DNA of 64,000 nucleotides from Schizochytrium sp. TIO01. Taxonomy: Eukaryota > Protista > Bigyra: Labyrinthulomycetes. Position numbers and translations under genes: made by a program. Shown piece by piece: positions 57,106-64,000 of this stretch; positions within the stretch are counted from its first letter, which is position 1, and every line of letters begins with the position of its first letter. Under the pieces are notes generated by a model. It ran no database searches, was not told the origin of the DNA, and was given only the letters and a program-made list of their open reading frames with translations. The stretch is from assembly GCA_004764695.1 (NCBI GenBank), contig SMSO01000005.1, positions 1,736,001 to 1,800,000 of the forward strand, given 5' to 3'.

Positions 57106-59768
57106 GATTTTGCAAGGTTTTGTGGTGGAGATTTACCCTAGCTAGCCTCTGTGACGGTTGTTTTATCTATCTGTGTGATGTGATTTCGTGCTGCTATCAG
57201 ATAGCAATGGATATAGTTCAACAAGACAAATTTGATTTCGCGAAATGGATTGAGTCCTTCTAATGTCCTCAAATTCGAGCGGATTGAAAACGAAAGCACA
57301 AACAATTCCACACCCTTGCGTGTATTCAATTGTGTTGTAAGTTTCTTCCTCGGCGCAAGTTGTTTTCACGCCTTGTCGGATGGTTTTAGAGAGAGAAAAA
57401 TGAAGATGGCTACAGCTTCAGCACCCCGACTCCTTACTCTCTGTACTTCGCTTCTGGCCAAGCTGGATGGATGGACGGCTCACCACCACCTCCTTGAAGC
57501 GAGAAGTGAATGGTCTTTGACGTTTGGCAGCCAACGAGGGCCTTGCCAGACGTTGATTGCCCGTTTGCCAGGCAACCAAGCAGTGGTCCGCTGCCGAGCG
57601 AACGCTGCGAAAAATAGTCGATCGATCAGCTGCGTTGATCGAGCGATTGTTGTGTGTCTGTCTGCCTGTTCTGTTCGTTTCTCAGTTTCTATAATTCATT
57701 CGTGCATTTTTCCTTCAAATGTATTTCTTACATAATATCTCTCACTGAGTATTCAATCGTCTTTTTTTTCTTTCTTTCTTTTTTTCTATTTCTTTAACTA
57801 TTTTCTTATTATCTTTCCAAGTGCCAAGCTCGGCTGCAGAACAAGCAAGCCGAAGAATATTGCAGCGACTTGAAATGAGCGACTTTCTGGGTAAAGGTCG
57901 ATCCATTCACCAGCGATGACTCTCTTCACCGCTAATCTCAACCCTTTTCTCAATCCCTCCTTCAACTGCTACGACATAATTAGCTGGTAGGCAGAGGTAG
58001 GTTTCCAGGTGGTTATCTGAAAATATAAGTTTATAATATCCCATCCCCGTGACTTCAAGTTCTTTTTTTTAATATTATATTTTTTTTTCCCCAATTTTTT
58101 TAATAAAAATTTATTATCAAACAACAAATGTTAAAAAAGTAGTTCAATGACTAAATTTGTTTCCATCTCTCTTAAACTGGCCAGAAACGAGCGACATAGG
58201 TCTCTATCTGTGTTTCTATAGCCTTAAGTTTGGATTTTGTCTAGCAGCTCGTGTCATGTCATGAGGAGTACCCAACCGAATCGAAGAGCGCCGATTCTAA
58301 ATACAGGAAGGAGCTCTTTCTCATTTGAGTGTGCTTTTTCTTTTCCCCTTGTTTCCCCTTTTTTTTTTTTTTAATTAAAAATGTTGGAATTTTATATTTT
58401 TAGAAAATGCTTTTGAGGCAAGCAACAATTGCTCTGTCTTCAAGCCTAAAACTCGTCGACCTTGAGCCACGCCAGCTTAGAACCAGTGCAGTGGCTGTGC
58501 CGAGCATGACTTCCGCAGTCCATAAAGACCATAATCGCCAGCCTGCCTGTCCTTAAATTGGATGACCATACCTACCAATTGACCTGACCTTCGCAGCATT
58601 GCACGATTTTTGCTTTTACTATTTGCTCGGCACATTGGCTTTAAAGTTTCTGCTAAACAAGCTTTATTCAATTTATGAGAACTCTGGAAAAGAATCGATA
58701 CCAAAAGTTGCAGTGGAAAGAAGAGACCGCGTGCATCTCGTGCATACGAAGCAGCCAATGATGGTGCAGCGAGCTCTTAGCACTCCAGCGGCTCTCCGGC
58801 AAGAGGAGGAGCCTCCGAAGCGGCGTCAGCTCGCACGGTGACCTATGGCGGCCAGCCAACCTCGATCAGCTTCGACAAAGGCACTTCCATTGCCAAACTA
58901 ACCGGCACAACTTCTTCTGCTACCTAAGTTCTGCCTTGCGACTTCTTCTAGCATGCACTGGCTGGCTGACCTTGTGCGCAAACCAAGGCAGATACTTCGT
59001 GACAAGCTGCCAGGCATCATGGTGGCCTTCGTGGTGGCAATGCTGTTGACAAGCAAGCTGGCGGGCACGTTGAACGAGAACCACGAAATACACAGACAGC
59101 CATGCTGAGGTTACCATATCGATCTCATAACTGACTGTCGCGATCTGTGCGAAGCTTGGCGGACCACAGCGTCAACGATGGGGCAAACAGCGTGGTCCAC
59201 ACCACCGAGAACCAGCGAGACCATCCATCGCCAGAACTCCTAGCGAGATGACACGATCGTGGAGGGAGTGCCACTTTCATTCTTCATTCTTCATTCTCGA
59301 TTCCAATTTCTCAACAGCAAAACTGAAAATAGTAACATGTTAAAATTGGCCAACTCAGGGACTTTCGATGATTCCGAGGTTCATCGCAAACACCCACCCA
59401 CCTACCCAATGGCTGCACTCCGCGCCGTAAGCTCCAGCCCGCGTGCGGGAAGGCCCGCGTAGGCCAGCGTGGACCCGAGCTGAGGAAGACCTGGAGGCGT
59501 GGAGGGTTCGAGGGATTCTTGTTCAATGAACCAATGTTTGGCCGGAGAGACCATCCGAGCCCATTCGTCTCCTGAGAAAAGCGAGGTTGGTCAGTTTCAG
59601 GCTGACTTACTGATTTGTTATTGGGTTATTTAGTATTGTCTTCACGAGTTGCAACAACTTTCTCGAGTTGCAACAACGGTGAAGTGGCAAATTGAGTTCT
59701 GTTGAACGGGCCAAACATAGGACACAAGCATACTATAAAGTAAGTACACTGGCACAGAGGCACTAGGT

Positions 59769-59806
59769 TAGTGCATGCATTAGTACATGCATTAGTACAT
59801 GCATGC
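59769..59806. repeat. 12-bp tandem repeat (TAGT[G/A]CATGCAT)x3
   Basis: tagtgcatgcat tagtacatgcat tagtacatgcat. Confidence 0.85.
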
Positions 59807-60081
59807 ATCGCTCATGAAGTCTGCAGACGATGCAGGCTGGGGAGGGCCAATTTAGATTGTGAATGACGAGTCTGCTTGCAGGAGCTTAGAGCTTGCTCAA
59901 CCTCAACGCTTGGCTGTGAATGGTGACAAGGAGTTGGGCAGGAGCATGGATGTATGAGCGGACTACGATATCGTTGGTTTTTATTGCTATTATTTTAACT
60001 AAAATTAAAATAAGTTGATTTTTATTTTTGTAATTAAAAATTAATATTAATATTAATATTATTCTAATTTGTTTTCTTTTT

Positions 60082-60117
<36 letters not shown>
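60082..60117. repeat. (AAAG)n microsatellite
   Basis: Read directly. Confidence 0.95.
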
Positions 60118-61581
60118 GAAGAAAAAAACTACTAACATAGTAGGTATAGCATAGGTGTCACTTTTGTTGATGAATGAACGTTCAGGGAAAAGAATGGATG
60201 AAGACACTTGGCTTTCCCTGAATTTTGCTGCCAGCAGAAACTGGCGTCTTTTTGACAGCTCGTGTCGAAAAGCAGCTCTTCCAGGACCCCTGCTTTCAGT
60301 CTTGGTTTTGGTTTTCGGTTTACAGCTTCCAGATTTCAGTCTTTGGCTTCCTTCTTTTGTCTTCTTTTTTTCAGGAATTCTAGTTCTGCACTACCTTCAG
60401 GATTTCTTCGAGCTGCTTGTGGGATCCCTAAATTCGTGCGGAAGACAGCGATAGAAGAGCCATGGCGGACGCCTGACACACGAGGACCAAGCCTCCAACA
60501 CTCGCTGGCTGGAACTCGCGAAATCTCCCCTCTGTAGCTTTGGTGCGAAGGCTGCTGACCTACCTGCTTCAAGCGAACCACCTCACGAAAAGCGCGATGA
60601 GCTAGCCAGCCAGCCAGCCATAAACACCCCGACTGCACGCTTGCTTTCGCTAGCGCTCGCAAAGGGAAGAATCGAAGTCCGCCTGTTAATTAACTTGGGC
60701 AGTCGTGAGCCGTGACGAGCGACCTTGACAATCGCTGAGCCTAGTGCTTCCCACCCTCAGGCCGCCCGGCCAGCCAAGTCCATCACGAAACCAGCAGCAG
60801 CAACAGCAGCAGCAACAGCAGCTTGGCAAAACACCAGCCAGCTCGCTTTACGTCAACAAGGCCTTTCGCTTCTTGGCAAGGCCATTGCTGCCAACGTGTT
60901 GGCGCCTTCTGTCACTTGCGGTGAGGTGTCCACCCTCGCCTCAGTCTTGGGCTCCGCCAACCAACCCATCGTGGCGATGTTGTCTGCGAGCCCGCAGAAA
61001 GACACGAACGATGCCAACAACCAAAGCAGCCTCGAAACTCCGCAAGTCAAGTAAAAAATCTCAGGCTCGGGATAGCTCAGGTGTGGTGGCAGAGGCGGAG
61101 TCAGCGGAGGAAGACCTCCCGCTTCTGAGCTGCCGGTAGCTAGCTAGCTACCCAGGTAGGAGCAGCGAGAGAGACTTCGTAGGTACCTTCGTAACTCCAT
61201 GGCTCCAATTCCTTCGATACAGGTCCACTGCATATGGAGGTAGGCCTCACGAGATCGATGAGTTAGCTCCACGAAATGAATGAAATCGACAATCGAATGC
61301 AGAGCGCCGCAAACGCTGTAATTCAATTGCAGCTACGCCTGGAAAGGAAGGAAGGAAGGAATGGATGTACCTGCTGCAGCTAATTTGGTTGGCATGGCGA
61401 GGGATCACTTGGTGGCGGGAAAGGAATTGGAAATGAATGATCGATGGCTATTCATATAGCAAGCTGGCTAGCTCGTTCACGCGACGCGAGGTCGGCTTTG
61501 GAGGGCACATAGTCGGCGGAGGTGGGAGCAAAGGCGTCTCGCAAGATGCCCCGCAGAACCATTGGCGAGTGGAGTTATCTA

Positions 61582-61657
61582 GATGTATGCATGTATGTAG
61601 GTATGTAGGTATGTATGTATGTATGTATGTATGTATGAATGAATGAATGAATGAATG
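61582..61657. repeat. Compound (ATGT)n-(ATGA)n microsatellite
   Basis: Read directly. Confidence 0.9.
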
Positions 61658-61878
61658 TCTACCGATCTGGGCTTGCGAAACCATTAGAGGTGGCGGTGGT
61701 GGAGAACGCAGCATGAAATACCTGGCTAGCTGGCGACAGAGCGAGCGGGATCGCCGATTGCAAGGATTACCAGCTGCAGCGCAGAGCTGCAAACGTCTTT
61801 TCGATGCGAATCAAAATGGCGATGACGTGAGTGAGTTCGTGCGCAAGCAGCCAACTGCTTAGCCTGCCCGAACTGGTA

Positions 61879-61913
61879 AAGAAGAAGAAGAAGAAGAAGA
61901 AGAAGAAGAAGAA
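61879..61913. repeat. (AAG)n microsatellite
   Basis: Read directly. Confidence 0.95.
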
Positions 61914-64000
61914 CGACAGCATGTGGACGACAGCAAGCTGCGTGCCTAATGGCAGGACAGGGTCGAATGAGATCGAGGTGCGGCTGATCCTCGAGGAAGG
62001 TACATAGCTAGGTAGGTAGCTGCCTGCATTCATACCTTCTCGTTGCGAGTGAACTTGCAAGAAGCCACGAGTCATTCAACATGGAGCACTACTCGCTGGA
62101 GACTGAGTTGAGTTAACCTTCGGCGGCGCCGTGGCCTGGAGGCGCGGCGATGAATGCTAATACCAACTCCACTGGCAAATACCTCTACAGAGGTAGGTAG
62201 GTGTTGAAGTGGAAGACAAAGTGCGATTGTAAGCCAGAAAGGCACATTAAGAATCGTGACGCACAAGTAACGCGTCCACCTTACCCAAAGTCGCCCTGTC
62301 GGAAAAGGCCAAGCCAAAAGGCACACGCTGTATGCATAGTCTCCCGTCACGGGCAGTTTAAGCAAAAATGCCCCAGAGCTCGCACGAGGCTGCACGGGGT
62401 CCACCTCGCGCAGCAAGACTTCTGTAGGTTGATGAAGAAAAGCCAGCTTAGGAGAAATGACCAGCTTCCCGAGGGGTTATGACTCGTCCCGAGTTCCCGA
62501 GAAAAGGTCTCTTCTTTCTTAATGAATGAATGTTTTGGCTTAATTGAGTTTTTACCCAAGTTAAAAGATTTTAACTCATTACCTTCGACAAGGGAGAGCG
62601 CTTGCGGGGCTTGTACGAATTTCTGCGCAGTTTTTGCAGGGTGGGAGAAACAAGATTGATTCGTTTTCGTTTCTGAACATCTAGCTACCACTCGGTAAGT
62701 ATGCACCTATCTGGGCAAAACAGAGAATCAATCTATAGGCAGACCAGCTTGGGTATTGCAAACATTAACAGTTGGACCAGCGTTATTATGATAGTCCTCA
62801 GAGAGAACTTGATCTGTTCATAGGAACAAGATTGTGCTTTGTACCTGCAAGCTCGTAGATCCACGTCAATTGTCATTCTTAGTCATTAGATATTGCTATC
62901 GGCATTGCTAAAGTTGATAGCTAGGCGAGATTGGAATACACAGAAAGAGATCAACGTGGATAAAAAAAAAAAGCGGTGCTACTTTACATCGCAACCTCAC
63001 AAACCAGCAAGAACTGCTATATTTAGGAAATGAATATTACAATAACATAACATTCAGTACACTGTAAGTGCCCGTTGAGCCTGAACCGATGGCTAATGCA
63101 AGTCCGGGATTTGCAATATTGCATTTCCTTGTTTCCCTTTGTGAACTGAGTTCAGATGTATTCGTGCCTTGGATTCAAACTTTGAACTATAGGTTGTGCT
63201 CTGCATGAAAAGTTTTGCTGAAGATGTGTTTAGAGTAACACAACTACAATCACTTGCTGTGAGTGAGTAAGCTGATCTAGTGTTACAAAATTGGGTTGTC
63301 TCGTGAGGAGATGTGCAAGCGAAGCTGTCAGCTGTTGAGGCTTCTTACCTGCGACAAGCATTAGTTTATGTTACTGGAGTATACAACTATAATCCAGTGG
63401 GCGTGGTCAGCGGTCTCTGCCTTTCCAAAAATTCTCAGGACAAGCTTTGGAGCAACAAGAGCTTTCTAGCTGTATCCCTCTACAGTTGAACAAAGACCAA
63501 CCCTCTTTGTTATCTGTTATTGCATTAGAGCGAAATTCTGAACAGCAGCCAAGCGAAGACATCTACCCTTTGATTTGCGCAGCAGCAGAAGAAGAAGACT
63601 CGTGCATATTTGCAGTTGTGGCTCTGTCCATAACAGTTTGTCAGATCAATATCATTATATTGGTGATTGGTACTCCAGAGCAGTGCATGGCCAAGGTAAG
63701 AGTAAGCCATGAACTTCTTCTTGGCGCTCAACCATGTCCTTGAAGGTGAGAAGGAGTACGGATTTCGCCATAGACCACCTTGACCATGACATCGTACTGC
63801 AAACTGTGCGTATACACATTTGACCAGTCCTCAACATTTGAAAATCATTACCAGGATTCAATTCTGCAATGCCAAGGTTCTTGCAAAAGGTCCACGTTGT
63901 CTACTTTACATTAAGAGCTGCAGAATGGCGCGCGCCTCAAGGGCGGCGGGCTTTGAATGCAGGTTGAGATCAAGAAAGGCATTGTCACAATAGGACCTTT

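Noticed and set aside
60725-61139. Two overlapping plus-strand ORFs with poly-Ala / poly-Gln
   Set aside because: Non-ATG starts, driven by a CAG-type repeat, no domain.
1-64000. tRNA, rRNA, CRISPR arrays, telomeric repeats
   Set aside because: GTTCGA hits lack cloverleaf context; there are no spaced 25-40 bp direct repeats and no telomere-like arrays.

Overview
Eukaryotic nuclear DNA, intron-poor and very rich in microsatellites. The style ((CATA)n, (TAGC)n, (TAGG)n, (AAAG)n tracts, long intronless genes) suggests a stramenopile protist, possibly a thraustochytrid; this is inference only. A dense block at 7.8-32.7 kb encodes: (1) a cytochrome b5-fused, sphingolipid Delta8-type desaturase with an unusual ~450-aa N-terminal membrane region containing a clear internal duplication; (2) a choline transporter-like (CTL/SLC44) protein; (3) a 2346-aa soluble adenylyl cyclase-type protein (two class III cyclase domains, STAND NTPase, TPR-like region); (4) a PDZ-TPR-PH-like scaffold; (5) COP9 signalosome subunit 7; (6) an AGC kinase split over two overlapping ORFs by a +1 frame break at a CUU-U site. 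A ~22 kb gene-poor stretch follows, with quasi-regular AT-rich islands, SSRs and possible decayed coding relics, then a GT23 (FUT8/NodZ-like) fucosyltransferase. No tRNA, rRNA, CRISPR array or recognisable transposon was found. The best candidates for something new are the duplicated-membrane-module desaturase and the frame-broken kinase.
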